The notes: generated by a model from the sequence alone, not told the origin. Positions 13,285-26,314 are shown, counted from the first letter of the stretch. The stretch: 64,000 bases of DNA from Octopus vulgaris (GCA_951406725.2 OX597816.1:18166001-18230000); one strand, 5' to 3'. Numbers and translations are program-made.

Positions 13285-13510
13285 GAGTAAATCCTATTTC
13301 GTTTTTGGATTTGGTTTGCAAGATCCTTTATTTGAGTTCGTGTGTTGAAGCATATTCTGTTGTGTCTGAGTAGAGTCATTTTCTTTTTGTGCCTTATAAT
13401 GTAACACACTCACCGGTAAAGTTTCCACTTATTTCATATTTTTATTTTCCTAAAATTTTCGTTTATAAGGCACAAAAAGAAAATGACTCTCTCCAGACAC
13501 AATAGAGTAA
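13285..13510. mobile_element. Penelope-like pLTR fragment with inverted partial copy (same family as 32597-33160)
   Basis: gagtcattttctttttgtgccttataa recurs inverted as ttataaggcacaaaaagaaaatgactc. Confidence 0.7.
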
Positions 13511-14477
13511 ATTGTGCCATTATTAAACAGCGTTTTGCATATTGTTGTAAGAAGGAAACGTAAAATATATCCATTGATAAATACTGCGCTATACTTTCTA
13601 TAGTTTCTTAAAAGAAAAATGTTCATCATCAAAAGTAACATTTGAGATAAATTTAAATAAATATTATACTTCATATGGAAATTTGATACAAACACCCAAA
13701 GAAAATATTCCAAAATACTTAAAGTGTAATGTCTCCATATGTATTGATTCACATTTATCTAAATTAATATACACAATAATTATAAAATTGATAAATGTTG
13801 TGCAAAGAAAATTATACTAACGTTATCTTAAACATTTTATATATCATTAGAAAATATTAACTCAATTAATAAAACTGTTTTAATAGTTTCCAGTACATTC
13901 CAGAATAATGAAAAGTATATAGAACCATTTTAAATGCAATTAGCTGTGTGAAATTACACTTTTAGACTCGTAAAACATTTTAAACGAATAAGATATAGCG
14001 AAAACATGTCTCCATTTATAAAAAAAATAAAAACCACATAATATTCAGATCGCCTGAGAGTATGATTGAAACATCTTTTAAATACATGTCTCTTTATCAG
14101 AATAAAAAGCTATCATGATTTACTTTAAAACTACACAATATTTCCACTTTATGTTTAAAGTAACTGATGTATACAGAAACTACGAAAGGCCAACATAGTA
14201 CTTTTAAAAAGCAAAATGAAAAGATTATACATAACAAGCAACACAAAAACGGGTGCTTTTTTTTTTCATGGAAAAGAAAACTTTGATAATAAAAAGAATT
14301 CCGCTTAATTGTATTGAGAGCTATCGTATTTATCCTTAACTTTGTACCATGTACGAATATCTTGTTAGTGATGAATCAAGAAAAGCATCGATCTTACCGG
14401 TTTTGCTTTCTTCAGCCGCTTTGAATTAAGTCGATAGCAACTGTAAACTTCATGAACACACTTACTCCCAAACGACC

Positions 14478-14481
<4 letters not shown>

Positions 14482-14521
<40 letters not shown>

Positions 14522-14864
14522 TAGGGAAGAGAGAGGAGATCGAAAGATAGAGAGAGAAAAACGATGGAGCAGACATGTAGGGCAAGAGAGAGAGAGAGAG
14601 AAAGAGAGAGAAGGAAAAGAGAGAGAGGGGGAGATTGAAAGATAGGGGGAGATTGAAAGATAGGGGGAGAAGAAAGATGAAGCAGACAGGTAGGGCAAGA
14701 GAGAGAGTGAGGGAGAGGAAGAGAGAGGGAAAAGAGAGAGAGAGAAAAGAGAGAGAGGGGGAGATTGAAAGATAGAGAAAAACGATGAAGCGGGCAAGTA
14801 GGGCAAGGGAGAGAGAGAAAGAGACAGAGAGAGAGGGGAGGTTGAAAGATAGACAGGTAAGGCA

Positions 14865-14912
<48 letters not shown>

Positions 14913-15090
14913 TTGAAAGTTTGATAGAGAAAAACGATGAAGCAGTCAGGCAGGGCAAGAGAGAGAGAGAGAGAGAGTGTGAGGGAGATAAAGAGAGAGA
15001 GGGAAAAGAGAGAGAGAGTGGGAGATTGAAAGATAGATAGGTAGGCCAAGAGACAGAGAGGGAGGGAGAGAGAAAGAGAGCGGGAGAGAG
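14482..15090. repeat. GA-rich minisatellite
   Basis: Recurring ggagattgaaagatag and aaaacgatgaagcagacaggtagggcaaga modules separated by (GA)n; + strand is strongly purine-rich. Confidence 0.9.
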
Positions 15091-15221
15091 ACATAGTGAA
15101 AAAGAGAACTAAGAAACGTTCTTTATATGGCTTTGAAAGCAATCTCGCAGTTACTCTTGAGTTCAGTTCGTGTTGCAGAATCTATCATCCCAGATTTCGC
15201 GACCAACAATAAAGTCTAAAT

Positions 15222-15492
15222 TTTTGTTTGTTCCCTCTCGAGCCACGCCTGGCTCATAAGGGCCGGTTTCCCGGTTTCTTTGGCGTATAGGTTTCCCACC
15301 TGGACGGGATGCCAGTCCTTCGCAGGTGAGCTGCAAGATGCAGGAGGAAAGAGTGAGAGAAAGTTGTGGCGAAAGAGTCAGCATAAGTTCGCCATTACAT
15401 TCTGCCGGAGCCGCGTGGAGCTTTGGGGTTTCACTCATAAACACACACATCGCCCGGTCTGAGATTCGAACCACTGCTCTAACCACTAGGCG
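15222..15492 (-). mobile_element. SINE, family C-like head with alternative tail
   Basis: Homologous to 26857-27140. Confidence 0.85.
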
Positions 15493-15721
15493 ACGGTTAA
15501 ATATTTTCTCTATCCCAGTTCAGTCATATATTCATCTTAAGCAAAAGTCAAAAGAAAATGAACTTAGGGTAGTAAATTTGCTGATTTTCTTACCGTTAAT
15601 TCACAAACTGATTTTTTTCTTCACTAACCTCTCGTGACCAACTGACTTCTCTATCAGACTCTCTTTTTATTGCAGTCTCAAACAAGCGATTTTCGGTCGG
15701 TTGCATCTTATTTAAATACCG

Positions 15722-15910
15722 TTCTATATTTAAGAGATGAGGAATTATGTACATTATTTACATTATTTACATTCGACGGATATTTGTCCTCATCTTGTTT
15801 GTTGTTAACACAACGTTTCGGCTGATATATCCTGCAGCCTTCTTCATGTATCTTGGAGAAATTTCGAACCTGGGTTCTCATTCCTATGGTATTCTTCGAT
15901 GTTGTTACTA
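15722..15910 (-). mobile_element. Penelope-like pLTR unit with minimal hammerhead motif
   Basis: Minus strand gatac-atgaaga-aggctg(caggatatat)cagcc-gaaa-cg-tt-gtgtt; inverted homolog at 16113-16268. Confidence 0.75.
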
Positions 15911-15911
15911 C

Positions 15912-15989
<78 letters not shown>

Positions 15990-15995
15990 GCCCAT

Positions 15996-16072
15996 GGGCA
16001 TATGGCGTAGTGGTTAAGAGCGCGGGCTACTAACCCCAAGATTCCGAGTTCGATTCCAAGCAATGACCTTAA
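15996..16072 (+). mobile_element. Short tRNA-derived SINE head or tRNA pseudogene
   Basis: tggcgtagtggttaagagcgcggg (A box) and gagttcgattcc (B box), followed by an AAT/GAT tail. Confidence 0.7.
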
Positions 16073-16112
16073 CAATGATGATAATGATAATGATAATAAT
16101 AGTAATAATAAT

Positions 16113-16268
16113 AATAGTAACAACATCGAAGAATACCATAGGAATGAGAACCCAGGTTCGAAATTTCCCCAAGTCGCCTGTTGAAGGCTGGAGGGTATAT
16201 CAGCCGAAACGTTGTGTTAACAACAAATACAATGAGGACAAATATCCGTCGAATGTAAATAATGTGCA
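16113..16268 (+). mobile_element. Penelope-like pLTR unit with minimal hammerhead motif
   Basis: ctgttga-aggctg(gagggtatat)cagcc-gaaa-cg-tt-gtgtt at 16173-16218. Confidence 0.75.
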
Positions 16269-16781
16269 TTTTATTTTGCTTATACTTCTATTCTTAGGTT
16301 CCTTCAACATTCTTTCATCAGTCAGTTCCATTATGTTCAACTAAAATTTTTGTTACTGTCTATTTTTAATTTACCGTAATCCACATTGTTTTAACCACAG
16401 CATTATTCTATAAAGGTATTATCTATTATACATTCTCTCACAATTGGCAATCATGTGGTTAATGTGAGTGACTTACCCGTAGCGATTACTCGGCATAGGG
16501 CGGTATTTCTGCTACACATAACCATTTTATTCCTCGGCCAACCCAACATCACTATACAAACATAGACTCATACAGCTATTTTCTATTGTAATTGTCACAA
16601 CGTTATCAACACTTGATATTCTTTGTATTCCACTTTCTCCATCATACAATAACACTGTGAAATGATTCGAGATAGTACTTAACGAAACCAAATCACACCA
16701 TTATTTCACATTCCTATACATACACATACGCACAGACACACCGTTACACATCCACACTTACACACTCATATGTATATGTGT

Positions 16782-16844
<63 letters not shown>

Positions 16845-16847
<3 letters not shown>

Positions 16848-17106
16848 CATTAAAATGAGGGTGAAAAATTGGATATTAATTTGATAACATCAATTTAACA
16901 CCAGTGGTCTAGCATATAAAAAAAATGAGATTCGGTAAGTAGTATTTCACACATAAATATAAGAGGGAATTTTTTAACCCCTATGTGGAAACCCTTAATC
17001 TATATTTTTGTTACTTTTCATTTGTCTTGCTCGCTTATATTTCTGGTGTGCTAAATTTTTGTGGAGAACAATTCTTAGTGGTTAAGCACATAGCGGATCT
17101 TCTTCT

Positions 17107-17110
<4 letters not shown>
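16845..17110. mobile_element. (TA)n-embedded element with internal inversion, related to the 51159-51789 unit
   Basis: 16853-16970 matches 51591-51708 on the same strand; 16995-17110 matches 51200-51316 on the opposite strand. Confidence 0.75.
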
Positions 17111-17149
<39 letters not shown>

Positions 17150-17495
17150 TCGTGTCGTTGTCTCTTCATCGCAGTTATGATGTATCCAGCATCTCTCAAT
17201 AAATGATACGAGTACTTGTATCTAGGCAAACCTAGTCAGCACACATATCGCAATTAGTTTTCACATTCATAATTTGACGTTGACCTTACAAAATCGGGAT
17301 GGTCCGCGTAACTTTTGGGTGCTGTCCCTCCTTTGTGATCAACTAATTGAACACTAGTTTCTTTCTGTAGATTTTATACTACACACTATATTTACCAGCC
17401 ATAGGTTCGTCAATACGTAATCAATAGCTGATCAATATACCTATAAATACGCTAACACATAAACACACTCACCACAAATACACATAGAACCAGAA

Positions 17496-17550
<55 letters not shown>

Positions 17551-19002
17551 AAAACCAATATGGACATACACACACACATACACACATACACACAGACACA
17601 CACATACGACTCTGAATTTTGTCTAGGCTGATAATTCCAATTTTGTGCACCGAGGCTAAAATTGTTAATACCGATCTATGCAATAATTGTATTTTATGAT
17701 ATGTATTGACATGACATGCCAAGGAATAGCTATTAGAAAGCCGTGATATCCAGCGGAATAAAATATATAAAGATGAATATGACAATTGAATCACCTGTCA
17801 TCTGCTTATCACTAGCTGCGTTCACTTGTGCTCGTATTTAATCGAAGGCCTTGTGATGTTGCTTAACAATTTCGCTGTTCATTTGCTATTAAATGGAACG
17901 GTTGTATTTGTCTATGCTATCAGTTGATAGATAGTGACATAGCTATAGTGAGCAGTATCGATTGCACACATAACAGTAGAAGTGCGCATAAAATGTTCTT
18001 TTTATTAAACCGTCAAGACAGCCGCAAAACATTTACATGCTTTTATGAACGAGTCAAACCTCAGAGGTGAATACACCTGTCAACAAATATTAACCAAATC
18101 TGTCACTTTTGAAACGTGACATCATCATCATTATTTATTTTATCACTAAATATACTTCTAACTGAATGTGTCTGTCTGCTTCTTCTGTCTAAATTATTTT
18201 CATTAAAGTCTTTTTGATATTTATACATCCTCTAAGAAGAATTAATCATATAAATAAAAGAACTCATTGAAGGTGGAAACGTAAATAGAGTAGAATGAGA
18301 AACTGCCACCAGCTAAAGTTAGTTTGAAATTGTTTGAAATTAAATGAATTCATATACTTCTTAAAATATTTCTGTTATTATCTTCTATAAGCGTCAATGT
18401 GTGTCTGTTTTGAAACAACGTTGGCACTTGTCATCGAATCTTCACTAAATTTCTCCCAGAAACTAAGATGTTTTGAATAATGCTGGTTTATATAAATCTT
18501 GGATAAAAGAAATGAAAGTTTACTTGCACTAATAGTTGAGTAGAAGTCTCAGTTTGAGATAATGAAATATTACAAGTTTGTTGCGTTGGTCTAACAGTTC
18601 AACCCTGAACCTAACCCCAGATTACTCCAATCATCCTCTAAAAATCTTTAACGTGCAAGTGGAACTGCAGGATTGCCTGCAGGAGGCATATGGCCTGGAC
18701 GGAGAGGAAGGATAAGTGGCCTTAGTGCCGCATACTTTTTATTGCTTGTAAGAGGCTCAGCGCTTCAATTTGTAGGGACGATTACGTCCCTGTTTTTGAA
18801 CTGAAGTAAGTGGTTTGATACCTCATTTTTTTTTGTTGTTTTAAATAAAAAAAGGGAACAATTTCTTCGAGAACGCAAAAATCGGCGAGGGTTGTGTGCT
18901 TCTCCCACCAACCATTTCTTTCATTCCATCATCATCGTGTCCTTGTCTAGCCCGCAGCTTCTTCCTCAATGTACGACTTACATATACCCAATTAAATGAA
19001 AT

Positions 19003-19156
19003 AAAGTAGCTTGTTTACCATCCACTTGGTCCCGGGTTCAGTCCCACTGTGTGGCACTTTGAACAAGCGTCTTCTACTATAGCCTCGGGCCGACCAAAGC
19101 CTTGCAAGTGGATTTGGTAGACGGAAACTTGAAAGAAGCTCGTCGTGTATATATAT

Positions 19157-19225
<69 letters not shown>

Positions 19226-19274
19226 GTATGTATGTATGTATGTATGTATGTATGTATGTATGTATGTATGAATG

Positions 19275-19312
<38 letters not shown>

Positions 19313-19528
19313 CATGTTCGTGTGTCTGTGTTTGTCGCCCCACCATTGCTTGACAACCGACATTGGTGTGATTAAGTTTCCGTACATTAGCGATTCCACA
19401 AGAGTCCGATAGAATAAGTGCTAGGCTTATAAAGAACGAGTCCTGGGGTTCCATTTGTTCAACGAAAATGCGGTGCTTCAGCGTAGCCACGGTCAATTGA
19501 CTGTAACAAATGAAAGAATAAAAGAAAA

Positions 19529-19530
<2 letters not shown>
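19003..19530 (+). mobile_element. SINE family A with internal microsatellite
   Basis: 5' half at 19003-19146 and 3' half at 19325-19530 match the family A consensus seen in the window. Confidence 0.85.
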
Positions 19531-19571
<41 letters not shown>

Positions 19572-19799
19572 CACTCACTCACATACTCACACGCACATAT
19601 ATTTACATGTATATGTATATGACTGTCTTTGTGTGTATGGACACTGTTTTATTTATGTATAAGTTGTATTTTCACTTAGGGTGAAGAGTTTGACTTTACG
19701 TCTCTGGACTGGGAATACAAAAAAATTATAAACTTAATCATAGCAAAGATACGTTTACTGAAGGTAATTGCTCTTGTGGAAGTTTCACCTATTCTAATC

Positions 19800-20215
19800 C
19801 TATCCCTGACGGTGTGGTCATTGGAGAATTCGTTGAAGACGTCGCAACAGATTGTTCCAGCTCTCTCGGTCTTCTACTATACTCTGTGAGTCGACATGTT
19901 TGAGGCCGAGCCACACTTTGATTCTACAACCTCATCTTTTTCTTTGGCCAGCCAGCTTTCTGCTACCTTGTATTGTTCCTTACAGGATTGTATGTGCGCT
20001 GCCAGAGCTCTGAACCAGGCTCACAAAGTACAAAATGTTTCCTACACTTGCATTTGATATTCTCGATAGCACCTCATAAGATCCCACAGGTAACACAACC
20101 TTAACATCAGTGTCTTGCCCTCTTGAAATTTCAAACATACCTTCACAGTTATACCAAAGGACATATTTGCTGTTTAGTTTAGAGCATGCTTCAAAGGACC
20201 TTATGTTCGAAGTCA
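19800..20215 (-). pseudogene. Degenerate RTE-like LINE 3' ORF fragment
   Basis: Minus translation LWYNCEG...HTIL*GTIQGSRKLAGQRKR*...QSIVEDRESWNNLL resembles the RTE C-terminus (EGxRxRGRPRKRW...EDRxxW). Confidence 0.6.
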
Positions 20216-20628
20216 AACGTTTGTGGGGAGTGCAATATTTATCATTCTATTACGAGAAATCCACTTAACACGAGAAATCTACTTATTTTCTTAATAGACA
20301 ATATTCAGCAGTTCACATTGCAACCGATTTAATTGTTTGTGTGATAAAGAGCAGCTGCTCAATAATTCTGAGAATAGAGAAGGGAAATACGTACATAAAA
20401 CATACAGAAGGAGAAACAAAGAAAAAAAAACAGCACAAGAAACAAATAATTCAACATGAATTTGGAAATAATTACCAACATAGCTGAAGAAATACTGTAG
20501 AAAATTTAAGATATATTCTATCACAGAAATATAACTGCGAATGATGTATATATACATACATACATACATACATACATACATACATACATACATACACACG
20601 CACACACATACACACACATATATATATA

Positions 20629-20801
20629 TTATAATTATAAGGGAATATTACTTCCGAGTACACAGGAAAAAAACATTCAAATTAGATGTACTAAAATGGA
20701 CATCTCTCAATATTTAATTCGTATATATAAAAGTAATTTTAGAGACAGAACCACCTTCGGTGTTGATTGAATTGAAGGTGATTCTGTCTCTAAAATTACT
20801 T

Positions 20802-20803
<2 letters not shown>
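20629..20803. mobile_element. (TA)n-embedded fold-back element
   Basis: 29-bp inverted arms at 20730-20758 and 20774-20802; terminus resembles those at 48948 and 50572. Confidence 0.65.
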
Positions 20804-20851
<48 letters not shown>

Positions 20852-20861
<10 letters not shown>

Positions 20862-20966
20862 TAAGAGAGTGGTCACTATATGGCTCACTCTAGCACTAGT
20901 TAATCCAAAAGTGGTGTTGAATAGATATGCTACTAAATTAGTATCTAATTCTCTCACCCTTATTAA

Positions 20967-20972
<6 letters not shown>
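20852..20972. mobile_element. (TA)n-embedded short element (AGGGTGA-terminus group)
   Basis: Reverse complement agggtgagagaattagatactaattt...aacacca resembles 16858 and 51596. Confidence 0.55.
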
Positions 20973-21034
<62 letters not shown>

Positions 21035-21040
21035 ATAGAG

Positions 21041-21100
<60 letters not shown>

Positions 21101-22283
21101 GAGTGAGAGGACAATCTAAGCAAGATTTTGTTAAGGTCATTTTGTTAAGAAATTATAGCCACCACTGATTTTTTGCTACTATATTTCGTATAAAGACGTC
21201 AGATATAGACAATGAGATTTAAGATAAAAAGGGCTAATGTGTGTTGTACCTATGTATTTACGAATTATGTAAGCAGAATCGCGTGTATATGGCAGCTATA
21301 GTAACGTTCAATCCTGTCGCCACCGTTGTTCTCATCTTCACCGACGTAAGTTACCCTCTCTCTGTTACTACCTTTTCATCAAAATAATACCTCATCACAT
21401 TCGATGTATCATTTTAGGTCATGGGTCTTTGGTTTGCAATGACACTACTCCGTCTTTTTTTACATCTGCAAGGTTTGAAATTAAAACGTTAGGAACTGAA
21501 GTGATTCCTCATTATGTATTCATATGCTTGGTGCTGCAAAATTTTAGCCAGTTTAGCGCTAAACTAACGACGGTGCTAAATGTAAGGGCGCATGTAAAGA
21601 TAATCTTACACCAGCCTGAAATATTAGCATTATAATTATCTTTGTAACAGAGATTGTGATATGATTACTCGTAGTTTTTAAGATGTTGCTTCGATCACGC
21701 ATACAAGATATATGAGTTTGGTAGAGGAAGCCACGAACATATCATACGTATAGAGGCTACACATTTCTTTTCATTTGCCATGGATCATATTCTGTTTAAT
21801 ATTTTTGAATTGAAGTGTCTGTTATATTTCCAGACTTTGTATTAAACTTACCTTAATTGCGAGAGATACATTCCTTTATTTGTTATATAATATAAACACT
21901 CTTCGTATGAAATTATATTATTTTATATTAACAAATATTTCTTAATTAAAGATTTTTTTTTCCACTCAGAAAACGACACATTTTCTTGACATTAAATCTA
22001 TTCTTGGAAATATCGATGACGAAGTAAACGTCAGCTCTTGAAACAACAAATTTTGAAGACATGGTAAACTGATTGGCTAATTGTAAATCTTATAAAGCTA
22101 ACGAGATCAAAACATATGAAACGTTTATTAAATCACAGTTTCTGTGCAATTCGAATCCCTTCAAGATTATGATAGTATGCTCCAGATCTAAACACAATTC
22201 AAGTTTGAAATTCTGAGTAATAATCTCCAACTAAACAACATTTACCAAGTAGTTCTCCAAAGGCGGTATCTCATGAAACATAG

Positions 22284-22693
22284 GGCGGCGAGCTGGCAGA
22301 AACGATAGCACGCCGGGCGGAATGCTTAGGCGTATTTCCTCTGCCGTTACGTTCTGAGTTCAAATTCCGCCGAGGTCGACTTTGTCTCTCATCCTTTCGG
22401 GGTCGATAAATTAAGTACCATTTACGCACTGGGATCGATATAATCGACTTAATCCGTTTGTCTGTCCTTGTTTGTCTTCTCTGTGTTCAGCCCCTTGTGG
22501 GTAGTAAAGAAATAGGTATTTCGTCTGCCGTTATGTTCTGAGTTCAAATTCCGCCGAGGTCGACTTTGCCTTTCATCCTTTCGGGGTCGATAAATTAAGT
22601 ACCATTTACGCACTAGGGTCGATATAATCGACATAATCTGTCTGTCTGTCCTCGTTTGTCCCCTCTATGCCCCTTGTGGGTAGTAAAGAAATA
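22284..22693 (+). mobile_element. SINE family B dimer (one head, two body/tail units)
   Basis: TSD ggta(t/c)ctcatgaaaca (22265-22280 and 22694-22709); internal junction aaagaaata|ggtatttcg at 22514/22515. Confidence 0.92.
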
Positions 22694-23129
22694 GGTACCT
22701 CATGAAACAGATTAGTCCTCTATGTGAATAGTCCCTGATATGTGAGATTCGTAATAACTCCCCTAGTTTCGTATCACCTCTCTCACTGGACTTGATTCTT
22801 TTGCTATCATCTCTGTAACTAGGTACCGTCTAATAGCTTCAAATCCTGGATAGTCTGCTACACGTCATGCTCTGTGTATAACTGTGTTGCCTCCTATATA
22901 TGTTTATTATAGTGCAAGCATTGTAACATTTTTAAGATGTTTAAGATTGAAATTCTTTATTGTAAATCCTACCACGCAACATATTTTCTATTCAGTTAAT
23001 CAGTGTTGTGATTCTTCAAACAATACACTACAAATAATCGAATTGCTAGTGATTTCTTTTGATGGAAACTGGTTCATGTCTGACGAAAACTGGTTCTGAC
23101 GGAAACTGGTTCAACGTGATATGGCTGTA

Positions 23130-23241
23130 AGCCATATCACGTTGAAAGCGCGGGTTCTCGTTCGATCACCGAAGTTAAGCAACGCCAAGCCTAGTTAGTA
23201 CTTAGATGGGTGACCGCTTGGGAAACCAAGGTGCTGTAAGC
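23130..23241 (+). rRNA. 5S rRNA-derived copy (probable processed pseudogene), 5' end inverted
   Basis: gccatatcacgttgaaagcgcgggttctcgttcgatcaccgaagttaagcaacg...agtacttagatgggtgaccgcttgggaaaccaaggtgctgtaagc has typical 5S sequence and A/C boxes; no oligo-T terminator follows. Confidence 0.9.
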
Positions 23242-23248
23242 GTAAAAG

Positions 23249-23478
23249 TTGGCGAACTGGCAGAAACGTTAGCACGCCGGGCGAAATCCTTAGCGGTATT
23301 TCGTTTGTCTTTACGTTCTGAGTTCAAATTCCGCCGAGGTCGACTTTGTCTTTCATCCATTCGGGGTCAATAAATTAAGAACCAGTTACGCACTGGGGTT
23401 GATGCAATCGACTTAATCTCTTTGTCAGTCCTTGTTTGTCCCCTCTATGTTTAGCCCCTTGTGGGCAATACAGAAATA
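23249..23478 (+). mobile_element. SINE family B directly downstream of the 5S copy
   Basis: Full head, core and tail; followed by ggaaactggttc, which also precedes the 5S copy. Confidence 0.9.
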
Positions 23479-23928
23479 GGAAACTGGTTCTTGTCCTTAT
23501 ATGTCAATTACTGAATTACGTTACCACAAAAAATTCGTAAATGTAAATATCAACATGACCCATGTTACTAAAAGTTTGGGCGAGACTGTGTGAATATCCA
23601 AAATGTGCGGCTTCTGTAAATATTAAAGAATATATAAATCATTATACATGAATTCATGCTCAGACAAACTATTTAGAGTTATACCAGGATGAGTGTTTCA
23701 TAGAATTCGCAGAACGTTGATATTCGCTGAATAAGTCCTGTTCGGCATATATTGAAACTTAATCATGTTTCTTTGATTATGTAGTATATATACATAATGT
23801 CATGTGCACTCAACGGGATTTATGATCAGCTCTGGTTATGAGTATTCCAGTAATTCCCTTAAATGATTTACATATTTATGTCAGTGTAAGTCTCTTGGTG
23901 TTCTACAGATGTTTTGCAATTCAGACAG

Positions 23929-25193
23929 TATTACTAGCATAATAGTTATAATGGTGTACCACACACCATTGATTTCAGTCAGTATAAGGTGAGAGTACGA
24001 AATAGATAGTCGTAGATTAGTCGTGTCGTGATCTTTACTGGTCTAACAAATTATCTGCTATACAGAAGTGGGCGTTATAAGTGTCCAGTATAAAGGATTA
24101 CAACAATGGCAACGAGGAATTAACAAACTCCAGAGGAATTAACAAACTCTAGAGGAATTAACAAACCCACAAGGAGTTACGAAGTACACAAAAGTATTTT
24201 ATGCGAATTCTGCGTAAACAAAATGGTAAAATTGTGGAAAATCTGTTGGTCCGTTTGCTCGAGTTGCAAAAAGGAGTAACAAGAGTAGCAGCTACAACTG
24301 CAGGAACTATAGCAGCATCAACAACAATGAAAATAATTACTGTTATTGCAAGAAATTCTGCAATTAATGAAGAGTTAGTCGTCAGAAAATGCTGAAAAAA
24401 TATTCATGCCAGAGTATGTTGCGGACCCGATAACAAAGAATACTGTTTGACACCAAATCCAAATACACAAGCAGGTATGTCACCAGCGGAAATGATGTTT
24501 ACGAGGAAAGTAAAATCAGTCTGCGACAAAACGCTACGTAGCAAGAAAAGAAAAATTGCAATGGAAAATACAGCAAGATTTTTCAAAATTGGTGAAAAGG
24601 TATTTATAAGAACGGAGTTGGGAAATTGGCGTGACTACGAAACGCGTAAGAATGGTGCTATACTTGGTAAAAATGGAAAAGATGTATACAAAAGACACAT
24701 GAGCCAACTGTAAAAAACTTCGTTGAGAGCGAATCCAAGAGAATGGAATGGTTATATCATACTTCTCAAGTACCAATGCCACTACTGGTGATTGAACCCA
24801 GAAGCACAAGCGTAAGGAAAAGAAATTATACTGATTTCCTTGAAGTGGATGCCAAACGAAAAAATATATTAAATGCATAAATGTGTGAAACAAACAGAAA
24901 ATATGGAGGTGGGCTATGTAAAATTATTGCTATTAAAATAAACAAAATTACACTCCCTCAGAGAAAAAGAAAACTTAAAAGGGGAAATGTTACGAGGATA
25001 ATAGTAATAATAGTACACTCCTACCACATGGTGAGTGGTATGTGCAAGTCCCTATAAATAGGTAACGTCGGTCAGTATAGGGAGAGAGTACGAAGTAGAC
25101 GTTCATAGCTTATTCGTGGGCATTATTGATCTAATGGCTATGCTGCTCTACCGAAGTGGGCGTTACAACAATCTGACATTTAGGATTACATCA
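23929..25193 (+). mobile_element. Internally deleted Gypsy-like LTR retrotransposon
   Basis: Diverged LTRs at ~23929-24105 and 24988-25193 (shared gtcagtata.gg.gagagtacgaa, gaagtgggcgtta, aggattaca); PBS-like tggcaacgagg at 24107-24117; PPT aaaaggggaaa at 24977-24987; integrase C-terminal remnant TPNPNTQAGMSPAEMMFTRKVKS...FKIGEKVFIR. Confidence 0.8.
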
Positions 25194-26314
25194 CATAGTG
25201 TTATTTAGTATGACACTGAACTATACAAATATTTCACGTGAGATGACAGATTCTCTTCGTGACCGTTTGAACTCAGAAAACAGCAGTTCGGAATTATTCA
25301 CTGTCAGATATGTATTTTAACGATTTACTTTTTGTGAGAATATATTGCCCTCGAAGTGTGTCGGATGAAAATATTTATGAAACTAAATCTGAAACTTACC
25401 TGTAATATTATCCAGTTGAACATAAAATTAAAAATGACTCAACTGTGCCCACGTGTGGTAAGTAGACTCAATGAAGAGTATGTGGTCTATATCATATAAC
25501 AGTAACCATGCTTCCCCATAGAGACAGAATGTTGCAAGAAGCGAGAAACCTATCAACTGAATGTAAATTTCTTTACATCGTAGCAATGAAAGCCAGCTAC
25601 CCTTGTGACCCATTAGAAATAACGTAAATATATTATCTTCTGAATTTCCTTTTTGAACTGCCAAACCTCAAAGAACAGATACTAAGTACATAATGCCCAC
25701 ATAAAAGAATATGGCCGCTTCATAACAAATAACGATATTCTATAAATATTTTACTATTTAGTTAAATATATGTTGTTTGCTATAAAATACTTTAGGTCAA
25801 CTAGATGACATATTTCCCTATAACTCTCTTCCTTTCAGTTTGTCTTTCTATTAAGAGAATTAAATATTCTGTTGCTAGATAGAGACTTACATAAAACATC
25901 TGTAAAGTGGACAACATGATAACTTTAATTAATCGAGACTCTTGTCGTTACGGAAAGAGGTAAAACGTTTCTGTTAATTTTGAACTAAACTAAAAGAAAA
26001 GAAACGAAGATAACTAAGAGAAAAAAATTCAGGTAGATATTTGAAATGATAAACTCTTAAGGACACAATAATTAAAACTGGATATAGATTCAGAAAGTAT
26101 CATACGACCTTCAGCAGCTACGGATATGCTTCCGCGTACTGGACATTCTCAGCGAAGCAAATTAATTAGATGGTCGCGTGTAGATATTGTTCGCATGTTG
26201 ATGTGACATAATTCACAGTTACAAGAATATCAGACATCTTGTGTACTCTACTGAAACTTATATCATATCTATAACGATATGTAGTTGAAAGCGTTGCACC
26301 ACCAGTTTCACTTA

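Noticed and set aside
18598-18800. aaccctgaacctaacccc telomere-like words and hairpin gggacg-atta-cgtccc
   Set aside because: Too short and degenerate to call a telomeric or Helitron-type element.
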